Source of the DNA: Mobula hypostoma
Lineage: Eukaryota
Assembly: GCF_963921235.1 (NCBI RefSeq)
Contig: NC_086097.1
Span: 33,358,001-33,422,000 of the forward strand
Length of the DNA: 64,000 nt
Reading direction: 5' to 3'
The notes below the pieces were generated by a model that saw only the letters and a list, made by a program, of their open reading frames with translations, was not told where the DNA came from and did not search any database. Positions 37,575 through 50,586 of the stretch are shown one piece after another. Every line of letters begins with the position of its first letter. Position 1 is the stretch's first letter. Made by a program: the position numbers and the translations under genes.

Positions 37575-38035
37575 CCACCTCATATTCTGCATGGGTAGCC
37601 TCTAACCCGATAGCGTGAAAACTGATTTCTCTAATTTACTGTAATTTTTCCCTCCTCCCAATTTCCCTATTTCCATTCCCCATTCTGGTTACCCGTTCAC
37701 ATCTTCTCCTCAGATGTCCATTACCTCTCTCTGGTTCCCCTCCTCCTCCCCTTTCTCCTATACTCCACTCTCCTCTCCTAGCAGATTCCTTATGCTTCAG
37801 CTTCTCCCCCTATCACCTCCCAGCTGATCACTTCATTTCCTCTCACCCACCCACTTACCTTTCCCCCACCTTCTTAATCTGGCTTCTTCTCTCTTCCTTT
37901 CCAGTCCTGATGAAGGGTCTCGGTCTGAAACGTTGACTGTTTGTTCCCTTCCATCGACGCTGCCTGACCTGCTGAGTCCCTCCAACGTTTTGTGTGTGTT
38001 GTTCAAGATTTCCAGCATCTGCAGAATCTCTTGTG
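37575..38035 (+). mobile_element. Older Penelope-like element 3' fragment
   Basis: End of the GIY-YIG coding sequence (cacctcatattctgcatgggtagcctc), pyrimidine-rich UTR, hammerhead core and terminal ttccagcatctgcagaatctc. Confidence 0.82.
37903..37938 (+). ncRNA. Minimal hammerhead ribozyme motif, older subfamily (GUU triplet)
   Basis: agtc ctgatga agggtctcggtct gaaa cgtt gact; core intact. Confidence 0.72.
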
Positions 38036-39424
38036 ATTCTGACATGTTGCTCATTTGATATCCTGACCCTTTAGTTCAATTGCTTTCGAGAGCTGCGGGG
38101 TAGTGATGGGTCTTTGGTGTTTCCTTCTGCTCTGGACCACTTCTCTCCATGTGCTTAATTCCCGCAGTGTTCCAGGGTTATGGAAAAATCATCAGTCGAT
38201 ATAAGCCGTGCTGCGCTGCCATGTGTACTTGAAGCACTGGGTGACACTGTTACACCGACAGGTGGTTTAAGACTGCCGAATGCCTCGGGTAGAGGGGAAA
38301 TCCCTGGTGCAAAGGTCAGGGGAATGTAACACTGCCACTATTACCACAGGGTACACCAACGGCAGCTGCCAAACATACAGACTCTCCCATCCAGAGGGAC
38401 AAGAGAGGCAAGCACTGCCCCCAACTTGACCTAGAAATTGTGGGGCTCCACTGAGAAATTGGGGGAGCCTAGGACTAGAGAGCATGGCCTCAGAATAGAG
38501 GTACGTTCCTTTAGACCTGAGATGAGAAGAAATTTCTTTAGCCAGAGGGTGGTGAATCTGTTGAATTCATTGCCACATACAGCTACAGAGGCCAAGTCAT
38601 TGAGACAATGAAAAGTCTTTGTCCGAGATGTTAACTGTTTATTCCCCTCCACAGATGCAGCCTAGCCTGCTGAGTTCCTCCAGCATTTTGTGAGGGTAGG
38701 ACGGAGTTGGGGAGAGGTTCAGACAGTGAAGGCCCTTTCCCTGCTGCGGTCTCTGCTCTCTCTTCCCTCCATTCAGCAGGGGTGGGAGGAGCATAGACCA
38801 GTGTTACAGCAAAAACAATCTATCTCCCGTTCTATCCGTCTCTGTGTTGAGTGTGTCAGGAATTTCGCAGATATTGAAGGGGTCACTGGCTCTGTGCCCA
38901 GACAAGGGAGCTGGGTATCAAATGGCTGGGGAGCAGCTGCTAAAGGAACCGTTGAGATCAGGTGTCTGATTGTAAATGCCGCTTGGAGCAAGGCTGCTAA
39001 ACTTGCTGCCACAGGGTATGTTTCTACACTCAGTGAGTGGAAGTAGAGCAGAACTGCACTGAGATCTCATCCAACAGCTGGTAACGTCTCAGTGAGCAGG
39101 GAGCATTCGATGAATTCCACAAAGACACAGATCCCCGTTAAGTCCTCCAAGCAGAGTGACACATTCAGGAATAGAGTCAGCAATGATTAGAGAAAATGCC
39201 CCTGTGTACAGGAGGGAGAGGCTTCATCATCTGCCCACTCTCCATCATCGCCTCTTTGGTCAGAGCAGGCAAGGTCACCAGATTCAGATGTATTTACATC
39301 AAAATACACAGTGATTCAGGGATTAATCTTCGAGTCTGAATGAAAACACCACAGTTGTCACTGACTTAATCAAAATCTGTGTGGATGAGTCAGTGCCTTT
39401 GAAAACATACTGAACATATCTAAA

Positions 39425-41020
39425 TCAAAAGCCATGAATGAACCAGGAGATGGGTAGTCTGCTGAGGGATAGATCTGTGGCATTCAAGACCAGTGATCTA
39501 GAATTGTACAAGAAGTCCAGGTATGACTTAAAGAAGGCTATCTTAAGCTCTGGTAGGGTTTGCAGGCCATTACTTCCTACAAAGTGAAACCTAACAGCAT
39601 GATTGGAAGTCATGCTTCCCTCCCAGACGAGCTCAATGCCTCTTATGCATACTTTGAAAAAGAGAATAAAACTATAGCTATGTGAGTCCCTATAGCATCC
39701 AATGACCCTGTCAGCTCTGATTTGGAAGCCAACATCAGCACATCTTTCAAGAGGGTGAACTCTCGCAAGGCATTAGGCCCTAATGGTGTACCTGGTAGGG
39801 CACTGAAAACCTGTGCCAACCAATGGGAATGTTCAAGGACATCTTCAATCTCTCACTGCTGCAGTCAGAAGTTCCCACCTGCTTCAAAAGGGCCACAATG
39901 CCCAAGAAGAGCAGGGTGAGCTGCCTCAGTGACTACCACCCAGTGGCATTCACATCCACAGTGATGAAGTGCTTTGAGAGGTTGATCATGGCTAGAGTCA
40001 ATTCCTGCCTAAGCAAGGACCTGGACCTGCTGCAATTTGCCTATCGCCACAATAACTCTACAGTGGTTGCAATCATCACTGGCGCACCTCAATGATGTAT
40101 TCTTAGCCCGCTGTTCTACTCTCTCTACACTCATGACTGTGTGGGTAGGCACAACTCAAATGCTATCTATAAATTTATCAATAACACAACTGTTGTTGGC
40201 AGAATTTCAGATAGTGACAAGGAGGCATATAGGAACAAGATAGATCAGCTGGTTGAGTGGTGTCACAACAACAACCTCACACTCAAATATCAGTACAACG
40301 AAAGAATTGATTGTGGACTTTAGGAAGGGTAAGTTGAGGGAACACACACCAGTCCTCATTGAGGCATTAGAAGTGGAAAGTGTGAGCAGTTTTAAGTTCC
40401 TGCATGTCAACATCCCTGAGCATCTATCCTGGGCCTAACATATTGGTGCAATTACAAAGAAGGCTTGACAGTAGCTATATTTCATTATGAGTTTGAGACG
40501 AATCGGTATGTCAGCGAAGACACTGACAAATTTCTACGAATGTACCATTGAGAGCATTGTAACTGGTTGCATCATCATCTGGTATGGAGGGGCCACTGCA
40601 CAGGATAGGAAAAAGCTGTAAGCTCAACCGGCTGCGTCATGGGCACTAGCCTCTTCAGTATCCAGGACTCCTTCAAAGGCAATGCCTCAAAAAGGTATCA
40701 TCCATGATTAAGGGCCCCCTTCACCCAGGACACGCCCTCTTCTCATTGCTACCATCAAGGAGGAGGTACAGGAACCTGAAGACACACACTCAAAGTTTCA
40801 GGAACTACTTCTTCCCCTCCAACATTAGATTTCTGAATGGACAATGAACCCATGAACACTTCCTCATTATGTTATTCTCTTTCTTTTAGCACTACTTACT
40901 TAAATTATTTTTTTGATATAGTTATTGTAATATATCATTTTTATTACTATGTGTGGCAATGTACTGCTGCCATAAAAAAACAATTTCATGACCAATGCTG
41001 GTGATATTAAATCTTGTTCT
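39425..41020 (+). mobile_element. Rex1/Babar-clade LINE fragment
   Basis: RKALGPNGVPGRALKTCANQ, FKDIFNLSLLQSEVPTCFK..DYHPVAFTSTVMKCFERL, VESVSSFKFL remnants. Confidence 0.85.
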
Positions 41021-41449
41021 GATTCTGCCAACAATGTTCAGCAGAACACAAACAGCAGTAACAACAATAGAACAAGACAACAACATCAAGCAAATTCTTT
41101 TCCCAGTCATGCAGCCTCATCACACACACAGACAGAACTCCAACCCCTTACCACCTAACTTGCAAACTCGTGTTTACTGCCCTCGACAAGGAGGTAGTAA
41201 GCTGTTCCAGAACCATTGCAGTCCTTCAGGTGAAGGTGTTGTTGGAAAGAGCTCCCAGCTCATCACACTGTTGAGAAAGAGGAACAGTGTGCAACCTGGA
41301 GAGGAGAACCTGGTGTCCTTGTTGTCTGCGGTAAGGTTGGCGGTCTTGCAACATGCTCTAGGTCTAATCTGGGCAAGTGACTACAGGGCATTTTGTGTCA
41401 CCAAACACCAGCTTCAGTTTTAGCACATGAAACTAAGCCAGTCATCTGG

Positions 41450-42700
41450 ACATTAAAGGTGCATATATCAGGATGTTCCTTATCGACTACATTCAATACT
41501 ACCATCTCCTCAGACTATTATTAATCAATAAGCTTCTAGACCTTAGCCTCAATACCTCCTTGTGCAATTGGATCCTCAATTTCCTCACTTGTAGACACCA
41601 CTCAGTTCAATTGGCAACAACATCTCCGCCACAATCTCCATTAGTGCAGGTGCACCACAAGGCTGTGTGCTTAGCCCCCTGCTCTACTCACTTTACACAT
41701 ACGACTCTGTGGCTACGCTGCAATGCCAGATTTAAGTTTGCTGACAACACCACTGTTGTAGGCTGAATCAAAGGTGGTGACAAATGGTAACAAAGGTGGT
41801 GACAAATAGGAGGGAGATTGAAAATCTGGCTGAGTGATGTCACAACAACAACCTCTTACTCAATATCAGCAAGACCAAGTTGCTATTATTGACTTCAGGA
41901 AGAGGAAGCCAGAGCCAGTTCTCATCAGGGGAGCAGAAGGTGGAGAGGGTCGGAAACTTTAAATTCCTCTATGGTTATCATTTCAGAAAAAAGCACAGCA
42001 GTGCCTCAACTTTCTTAGAAGTTTGCGAAGATTTGATCTGACATCTAAAACTTTGACAAACTTCTATAGGTGTGTGGTGGAGAGTATATTGACTGGCTGC
42101 ATCACAGCCTGATTTGGAAATGCCAATTCCTTTGAATGGAAAATCCTACAAAAAGCAGTGGATACGGCCCAGTCCATCACGGGTAAAGCCCTCCCCACCA
42201 TTGACACCATCTACACAAAACACTGTCCCAGGAACACGACATCTATCATCGAGGACCTCCGCTACCCAGGACATGCTTTCTTCGCGCTGCTGTCATCAGA
42301 ATGAAGGTATGGGAGCCTCAAGACTCACACCACCAGGTTCAGGAACGGTTATTACCCCTCAACCATCGGGCTCTTGGACCAGAGGGGATAACTTCGCTCA
42401 ACTTTACCTGCCCCATTATTGAAATGTTTCCACAACCAAAGGATCCACTTTCGAAGACTCTTCATCTCGTGTTCTCGATGTTTATTGCTTATTTATTTTA
42501 TATTATTATTATTTCTTTCTTTTGTATTTGCAGAGCTGGTTAGCTTTTGCATACTGGTTGAACACCCAAGTTGGTCTTTTATTGATTCTGTTATTATTAT
42601 TGTATTCTGGACTTATTGAATATGCCCGCAAAAAAATTAATCTCAGGGTTGTCTATGGTGACATAACGTACTTTAACAACGGATTTACTTGAACTCTGAA
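41450..42700 (+). mobile_element. Rex1/Babar-clade LINE 3' fragment
   Basis: SLCNWILNFLT and KFADNTTVVG remnants; 3' UTR ending in a ttgaactctgaa-type tail. Confidence 0.82.
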
Positions 42701-44914
42701 GCCCACATGACCCAGTGCAGGAGCTGTAATAGGTATCTTTCAATTATTTACTAAGGGGTACAGCGTGGTAACAGGCCTTCCGGTCCAGTGGGTCCGCTCC
42801 ATCCAATTACACCCATCAGACTAATTAACCCATATATCTTTGGAATGTGGGAGGAAACTGGAGCACTCAGAGGAAACCCACGCAGTCACAGAGAGAGCTC
42901 CTTACAAACAATTTTGGAATTGAACCTGGGTCACTGATGCTGAAAAATATTACACTAACTGCTACGTTACTTTCCCACCCCTAAATATCAGTTTGTTTAA
43001 AGGATGTTAAAGTCATGCCTGGTAATTCTGGAAGGGACAGGGTCAGGTTTGGGAGCATATGTTTGCTGTAATAGCATTACGCTAACTGCTATTCTACCAT
43101 GCTGCTGCCAGATACCGAGGCCTTTGTTAGCCGCAACCAGAACAACTGTTGAGTCTGGGCACTGATCAGCTTGTTGTGCTGCAGAAAGGACGGTGTGTGA
43201 AAGTTATTGCTCTTCCTGTGTGAACGGGATTAAACATTGATGCAGTGGAGGAGTTTGAGACAATGAGGGAATTTGTTGGGGTGAATGTTCTGAGATGTGA
43301 GTCCCTAACAAGAATTTGTAAAATGGGAACCTGTCCGTCAATGGGCAAGATCGGTAGGAACCAACACACCAAGGGAGAGGAGCTATGGAACTTTTTCCTA
43401 GACAAACTCTTCAACCTGTAGCTACAACTCCTGGCCTGGGAAACTGAGGCAACAATTCAAAGTGAGCAGCGAAAGAACTGAGTGCCAACTTCTGCTCCTG
43501 CCTGTGGTGACTTGGTACCATGTATGGAACATCTCGCAGGTTTCTGAATCATCAGGATCAGAATCAAAATCAGGTTTATTATCACCGACTTGTGTCATGA
43601 AATTTGTTGTTTTGTGGCAACAGCACCATGCAAATGAGAGCAAAACCTTGTGGGAGTGTTCCAGACTTCAGAAATCTGATGGGAGAGGAGGAAGGTGTTC
43701 CCAAAATGTTGAATGTGTGTCTTCAGCCTCCTGTGACCTCCTCCCTGATGGCAGGAATGAGAAGAGGGCATGTCCCAAATGGTGGGGATCCACCATGATG
43801 GATACCTGAGGTATTGCCTTTTGAAGACGTCCTTGATGATGGGGAGGTGGTTGGCTGCTGTGTGGCCATAGCTGGAATGGTCCCACAGGAACAGAGGTCT
43901 ATGGCACTAGGATCTCACGTACCTTGTGGCCACATCTTGGCTGAAATCGCCATTGTGGGTTTAGCAGCCACACGTGAGGTCAGAGGGATTTACATCATCA
44001 TTTCTGACAGCCATTCAGTGACGAGCGATGGTCCCTGTCAGCACAGTAAGATCCCACACCAGGTCAGCTTTGCAAAAGGGTCAACATTGGCTAGAAAGTA
44101 AAGAAGTAGCAAACTGCTTCTGAACAGTATGGCAGCGTAGTAGTTAACGTAACTCTTCACAATGCCAGTGATCAGGGACCAACAGACCCTGGGACAGCTT
44201 CTTCCACCAAGCCATCAGACTGATTAATTCACATTGTATTTCTATGCTATATTGACTGACCTGTTGTACATACTATTTATTACAAATTACTATAAATTGC
44301 ACATTGCACATTTAGACGGAGACGTAATGTAAAGAGTTTTACTCCTCATGTACGTGAAGGATGTAAGAAATAAAATTAATTCAATTTCTGCCACTGCCTG
44401 TAAAGAGTTTGAGTGTTCTTCCTGTCACCGCATACATTTCCAGGTTAGTAAGTTGTGGACATGTTATGTTGGCACCAGAAGCATAGTGCCACCGCTTGTG
44501 GGTTGCTCCCAGCATAACCTTGGACTACGCTGGTCGTTGACAGAAATAATGCATTTCATTGGATGTTTCAGTGTTTTGATATACATGTTACAAATAAAAT
44601 TAATCGTTGTCTTTATAATAAAGTCTGTCCTGGACACCATCCACCTGTGGGAGCTGGCCAGGTGCCACTATCTCAGCATGATTAACCTCCGATCTGGGGC
44701 ACAGCAACACCTCCTGAGGAGGGTGGGCCTGGTGGACTATAGTTTGGCTCCCACTTTAATCAAGTTCCCACAGCAGGGCACAGACTCCTGACACTCTCCT
44801 CTGGCATGCAGCTTCACCTCCCTAAGGATGTTTTCTGTTTATCTATTACAGCAGAGACCTCAGCAAACCCAGCAGGGAAATCTGCGTGAGTGGACAACTA
44901 ATGCCTCTGACTCA

Positions 44915-45080
44915 TCCCACTGACCAATTCCTCTGACCGGTCCTACTGACCCTCCCACTGACCAGTCTCACTGACCGATTCCTCTGACCCTTCCCACTGA
45001 CCGATCCCTTTGACCAATCTCACTGATCCATTTCACTCACCTGTCCTAGAAACCCTACCAGACAGACCCACTGACCCCTA
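44915..45080. repeat. Short-period tandem repeat (cactgaccgatccc-like)
   Basis: About ten ctgacc-containing units of 12-15 bp. Confidence 0.7.
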
Positions 45081-46451
45081 TGGACAGATTGCACTGATCT
45101 CTACGGACAGGTCAAACTCCTTAAACCGCCACGGATTGGACTATCAGAGGAGTGTGGACCTGAATCTGTGGGAATCATTTCACACATCCCATTGCTGTGG
45201 TGTTACATGGAGTTGTGCTGTGGACTCAGTGCCGATGGGGTTTAACCAGAACCACGACAAATATCGCTCCATCTGATAATGGGACTTCGCTGGAAACCTT
45301 CACCACATGGACCTGACACAGCCCACGGTCAGCTCCAGTTTGCCAGACTGCCAATGGTCAGCTCCAGGACTCAGGATGGCCTGCGGTCAGTTCCAGGACT
45401 CAGGACAGGCAGCACTGACTCCCTCAAGCCAATGGCAGAAGCACAGGGTCTTCAGTGCTAGAATGCCACTCTGGACTACACAGTGCTTGGGACGGCCCAG
45501 CCTGGGGCCTGGAATGCAGACATCAATGTCTTCAGTCACAGTCAGATGTGTGCTGGTGCCCTCAGTCCTGTCCACTTGTTGTCCTGGGGGAGTGTGTCTG
45601 ATCCTCCCTCACCCACCACCCACCCAGTGACTGCTGTTGGAGAGAAGGGAGGGAGTGCTGTGATTTGGACCCAGAGGGAGTGACAGGCCAAGGATTGATT
45701 TCCAGGTCAGGATGGCATGTGTCGGAAGTTGGGATCCCTTCTCCTGTAGCCACTGTTCTGCTGGGAATCGATGCAAAGGGACCAAAGGGAAATCACCGCT
45801 GGGGCCCTGAGGCTGTAGAAGGTGACCGAGGACTCTCCCCCATCCTCAGAACACTTCCCAGCCTCCCTCACACACCTCCTCTCTCCCTGTCCTGCCCTGA
45901 CCACCTTCAGGGCCTTCCAAATGAATGAGTCCCTATCCTCATTGCCCACCCTCCTTAACACTCCCCAACCAGGGGAGGTGAGATACCTCACCTGGAGGGA
46001 TGCAAGAATGGGTACAGGATGGGATGGGTGAACCCCAGTGTGATGAGGCTGCCTAGGGTTCTCACTAAGCTGTGGAGAGATATTCCAGTGCTGGCTGAGT
46101 AACATCAGGAGAGGTGGTTGGGGTGAGAGGTAACAGCTGCTTGGGGATGCGGACCGTTGGGATGCATTTTGCATACTACTGGCAAATTATTTCACTCTGT
46201 ACATAGAGTGGGGTGGGCTGCTTGGAGAATTGTATGTTTTATTCTAGAATGATGTGGGAAGGACTATAGCAGCAACTGATTGTTCTGTTTCAGGGAGACA
46301 TTTACAGCTAAAATTATAAAACATTTATTAATATTTTGAGATGTAAGGCTTGTATCAAGTAGTCTTTGTCTGAAGGTGCACTGCAGAGACCTATGTTAAT
46401 AAGGGGGGAAATGGGTGGACAAATTACATTGCATGTCCTCCCAAGAGGGAA

Positions 46452-47634
46452 ATAGAACATAGAATAGTACAGCACAGTACAGGCCCTTCGGCCCACAATG
46501 TTGTGCCAACCCTCAAACCCTGCCTCCCATATAAGCCCCCACCTTAAATTCCTCCATATACCTGTCCAGTAGTCTCTTAAACTTCACTAATGTATCTGCC
46601 GCCACCACTGACTCAGGCCATGCATTCCACGCACCAACCACTCTCTGAGTAAAAAACCTTCCTCTAATATTCCCCCTTGAACTTCCCACCCCTTACCTTA
46701 AAGCCATGTCCTCTTGTATTGAGCAGCGGTGTCCCGGGGAAGAGTCGCTGGCTATCCACTCTATCTATTCCTCTTATTATCTTGCACACCTCTATCATGT
46801 CTCCTCTCATCCTCCTTCTCTCCAAAGAGTAAAGCCCTAGCTCCCTTAATCTCTGATCATAATGCATACTTTCTAAACCAGGCAGCATCCTGGTAAATCT
46901 CCTCTGTACCCTTTCCAATGCTTCCACATCCTTCCTATAGTGAAGTGACCAGAACTGGACACAGTACTCCAAGTGTGGCCTAACCAGAGTTTTATAGAGC
47001 TACATCATTACATCGCAACTCTTAAACTCTATCCCTCGACTTGTGAAAGCTAACACCCCATAAGCTTTCTTAACTACCCTATCCACCTGTGAGGCAACTT
47101 TCAGGGATCTGTGGACGTACCCCCAGATCCCTCTGCTCCTCCACACTACCAAGTATCCTGCCATTTACTTTGTACTCTGCCTTCGAGTTTGTCCTTCCAA
47201 AGTGTACCACCTCACACTTCTCCGGGTTGAACTCCATCTGCCACTTCTCAGCCCACTCCTGCATCCTATCAATGTCTCTCTGAAATCTTTGACAATCCTC
47301 TACACTATCTACAACACCACCAACCTTTGTGTCGTCTGCAAACTTGCCAACCCACCCTTCTACCTCCACATCCAGGTCATTATTAAAAATCACGAAAAGT
47401 AGAGGTCCCAGAACAGATCCTTGTGGGACACCACTAGTCACAACCCTCCAATCTGAATGTACTCCCTCCACCACCACCCTCTGCCTTCTGCAGGCAAGCC
47501 AATTCTGAATCCACCTGGCCAAACTTCCCTGGATCCCATGCCTTCTAACTTTCTGAATAAGCCTACCGTGTGGAACCTTGTCAAATGCCTTACTAAAATC
47601 CATATAGATCACATCCACTGCACTACCCTCATCT
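46452..47634 (-). mobile_element. CR1 LINE, relatively young 3' fragment
   Basis: ORFs DVIYMDFSKAFDKVPH...[10 protein letters not shown]...KFADDTK and EYCVQFWSLHYRKD; tail (ttctat)n. Confidence 0.93.
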
Positions 47635-48559
47635 AGGGTCAGGCAGATTCTGGGAGATTGTACCCAAACTAGGGTTTTGGCTCAGGCTGGCCAGGGTCAA
47701 CAGGATGCCCATGGGGGGCCCGTACTGCAGCTGCTGGCTGACCCTGGGGGAAGGTATTGTTGGAGTAGGAGTGAGGGTATAGGCATCGTTCACTTGTCCA
47801 AGGGCAGTGTCATACTCACCATTTACTCATTAGGCACCATTTGGAACTGCACCCCTGTTTGAATTGTGTTTATCATTGATAGAGTTTGGGGATGTGCTGG
47901 AGGCTGCTGAGTGGATGAAGGTAGAATATAGAACATTACAGCACAATACAGGCCTTTTGGCCCACAATGTTGTGCCAACCTTTTAACCTACTCTAAGATC
48001 AATATAACCCTTCCTCCCACACAGCCCTTCATTTTTCTAATATTCATGTGCTTATCTAAGAGTTTCTTACATGTCCTTAATGTATCTGCCTCTGTCGTAA
48101 CCCCTGGTAGCATGTTCCACACACCCACTGTAGTGTATAAAAAAGTTACCTCTGCCATCCCTCCCTTCCATTGGAGTAAAAGTGGGGCATGATCATGTCC
48201 TCTGCTTTAGCAGAGGGACACTGGAGCATACAGTACCCTCAGCAGCTGTCCAAAAGCTCTGGGAGAAGATTATGCCTCTTAAAATTAGCCATCTCTGCCC
48301 TGGAAAAAAGTCTCTGGCTGTCCACTCAATCTGTGCTTCTTATCATCTTGAATGCTGTATTAAGTCACCTCTCATCCTCCTTCACTCCAAAGAGAAAAGC
48401 TCCAGCTTGCTCATCCTATCCTCATAAGACATGCTCTCTAGTCCAGGCAGTATCCTGGTGAGTCTCCTCTGTACCCTAATGAGGTGACCAAAACTAAACA
48501 CAGTACTCCGAGTGGTCTAACCATGGTTTTATAGAGATATAATGATATTGAGATACATC

Positions 48560-49460
48560 CTAGGATATGCTGGGACACATCATCTGTGATGTAAACTGAG
48601 GTCATCGTGTGTTTCGGGTCTTTCAACGTTAGATACTCTTGCCTAGTCAACCCAGCCACGGTTGATCAGACCCAGGTTTGTGTCCCAGCAGCATTGATCT
48701 ACGGGTCACATCTCTTGATCCATAGCCATCTGGAGCTCACTCAGCAGCCTCTATGATGGTCCTGATGACTTTTCTTTGCAATCCTCATAATGCCAAGGAG
48801 AGAGCAGGTTCTGCACGGCAAGCAGCCCAGCAAAACTTCTACACCCTGCTTCTATAGGCTTGCATCATGCCCTCCACCCATCTCTGGCACTGCTCTACCA
48901 GCTCCTGGTATTTGGCTTTCTTACGCTCAAACACCTCCTCAATCCAGTCTTCCCAAGGAACTGTCAGTTCTACCATGACCACCTGAATTGTGGTTTCTGA
49001 CAGAAGGACCATGTCAGGCATCAGGAATGATGAAAAAATGAAGTCAGGGAACTTCAATTGCTTACCAAGATCAACTTTCAGTTGCAAGTCGGATGCTGTG
49101 GCGAGCAAGCCTGCTGGTGATCTGGGCTGAGGCTGTGGTTGGTCTCTAGCTTTGACAAAGGCTATGGGCTTTCTGAGTTGGCGGAGGTGCCTACAATTAT
49201 TAACGGCCGAGAAGATTCCTTCTACCACTGCCTTCCATACCTGATCATGGTGCCGGCAGTAGCAGCCTTCTCCCAGAGCTTTTGGGTAGCTGCAGAGGGT
49301 ATGTTGTAGAGTCCCTCTGCCAGGACAGAGAGGACATGATTGTGCTTCACTTTTGTCCCAAGCAAAAACATTAGCACCACCATGACCTGCACCCACTTTA
49401 ATTGTGTTAATTGATGGAACATGGACATGTGCTGGAGGCTGCTTGGCACATGCAGTGTCA
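48560..49460 (-). mobile_element. HERO-like (R2 superclade) non-LTR retrotransposon 3' fragment
   Basis: ORF 48839-49396 contains a CPLCPGRGTLQHTLCS zinc knuckle, RHHDQV, and a restriction-like endonuclease motif PDMVLLSE...VELTVPWE...ERKKAKYQEL. Confidence 0.85.
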
Positions 49461-50580
49461 CTAGGCTGTGGACAAACAGCCCATCAGCCGCTCTGTGAGC
49501 AGTGCTCCCTTAGACAGCTAAACCTTTCTGTCATGCATCCCACTACCTCCACTCCTGTTTCCACCAGCTAGTGTTACCGATCAACCCCAGCTCATCAATC
49601 AGATCCCCAATCCTTCCCCCCTCTATTATTTGCTTAGTTCCTCCACACATCTTCCCTCCTTGACCCTCTACACACACTCTTCCTGTCCATACATTACCCT
49701 GGTGTCCCCACACTTTGCACTGCCAGACCCCACATAGCTCATCCTGCCCCACCAGGGGCAGGGTGGTACATGGTGACGCAGTACCCTGAGTGTTTAACGC
49801 TATATATGACCACTAGTGCCTCCAAGGTGGGTATTCAGAAGTCATGTGGTCTCCTAATCCAGCTCCCATTCTCTTACTCTCAGCAACCATGCTTTAACCA
49901 GAGTCAGCACCATGAATCAGTGTAACCAGAAGATCAGGTGAGAACTTCCATAGATCATTCCAAGTCCCATCCACTCAACACGGGATTCAGAGATCTGGAC
50001 ACAGAAGTGAGGCAGGGTCCTCAGCACACAGGAGAGGAATCTTCTCTACCCATCGCAGCAGGCTGGGGTTCAAATTCCAGTCTGGAGACTTCAGCCAAAA
50101 ATATAAAGCATCCATTCCAAGGCAGTGCTGAGGGAAGGTGACAATGTGGAAAGGGGTCGAGCTCAGGTCCTGTGTTTGGGCCTGGTTCCATGGTATGTGC
50201 TTGGTATCATTCTCTCCAGCTGACCACTGTCCAGGCTCTTTACCCTCACCCTATTCCTTTGCCCTTGAACAACATCTTGGTGTAAATGGCAGGATCTCCC
50301 CAATCAACAGAGGCAAAGAAAATTCATCCAAGCTACACTTTAATCTCAACTAAGTTGCATTCAACAACCTTATTCGCTTTTCTTTAAAAAAAGGTTTATT
50401 CATTAATGGGAAAACGTACTACAAAATAAATTAGCAGGTGGGATGTGCAACTTTCCACAGAACTGTTGCCCCTGTGTGACCGGCTTGAGATGGCCATGCG
50501 GGACTTCCCGTTGCCGTCACAAGTAGGGGTGGCACTGGAGTCCTGGTCTACCTGTTGTCAGTACGAGTAAACCCTGCAGA

Positions 50581-50586
50581 TTTATT
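50581..50586 (-). promoter_or_regulatory. Candidate polyadenylation signal (AATAAA) of the TGF-beta transcript
   Basis: tttatt on the + strand in unique sequence about 3.35 kb downstream of the stop codon, with a second candidate at 50395-50400. No transcript evidence. Confidence 0.35.

Noticed and set aside
13120..45500. Scattered cadherin-like peptides on the plus strand (ITVGRVRATD about 13140, VTAFDG about 34476, AKGNLLL about 37185, NATLDY about 45461)
   Set aside because: The motifs are too short, lack the DxNDN/LDRE/DxD pattern and some sit in stop-containing frames. A decayed cadherin-related gene cannot be supported without an HMM search.
48575..48650. Possible hammerhead in the HERO 3' region (gaaagacccgaaacac on the minus strand)
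   Set aside because: No CUGANGA core in the required position and no supporting stems.
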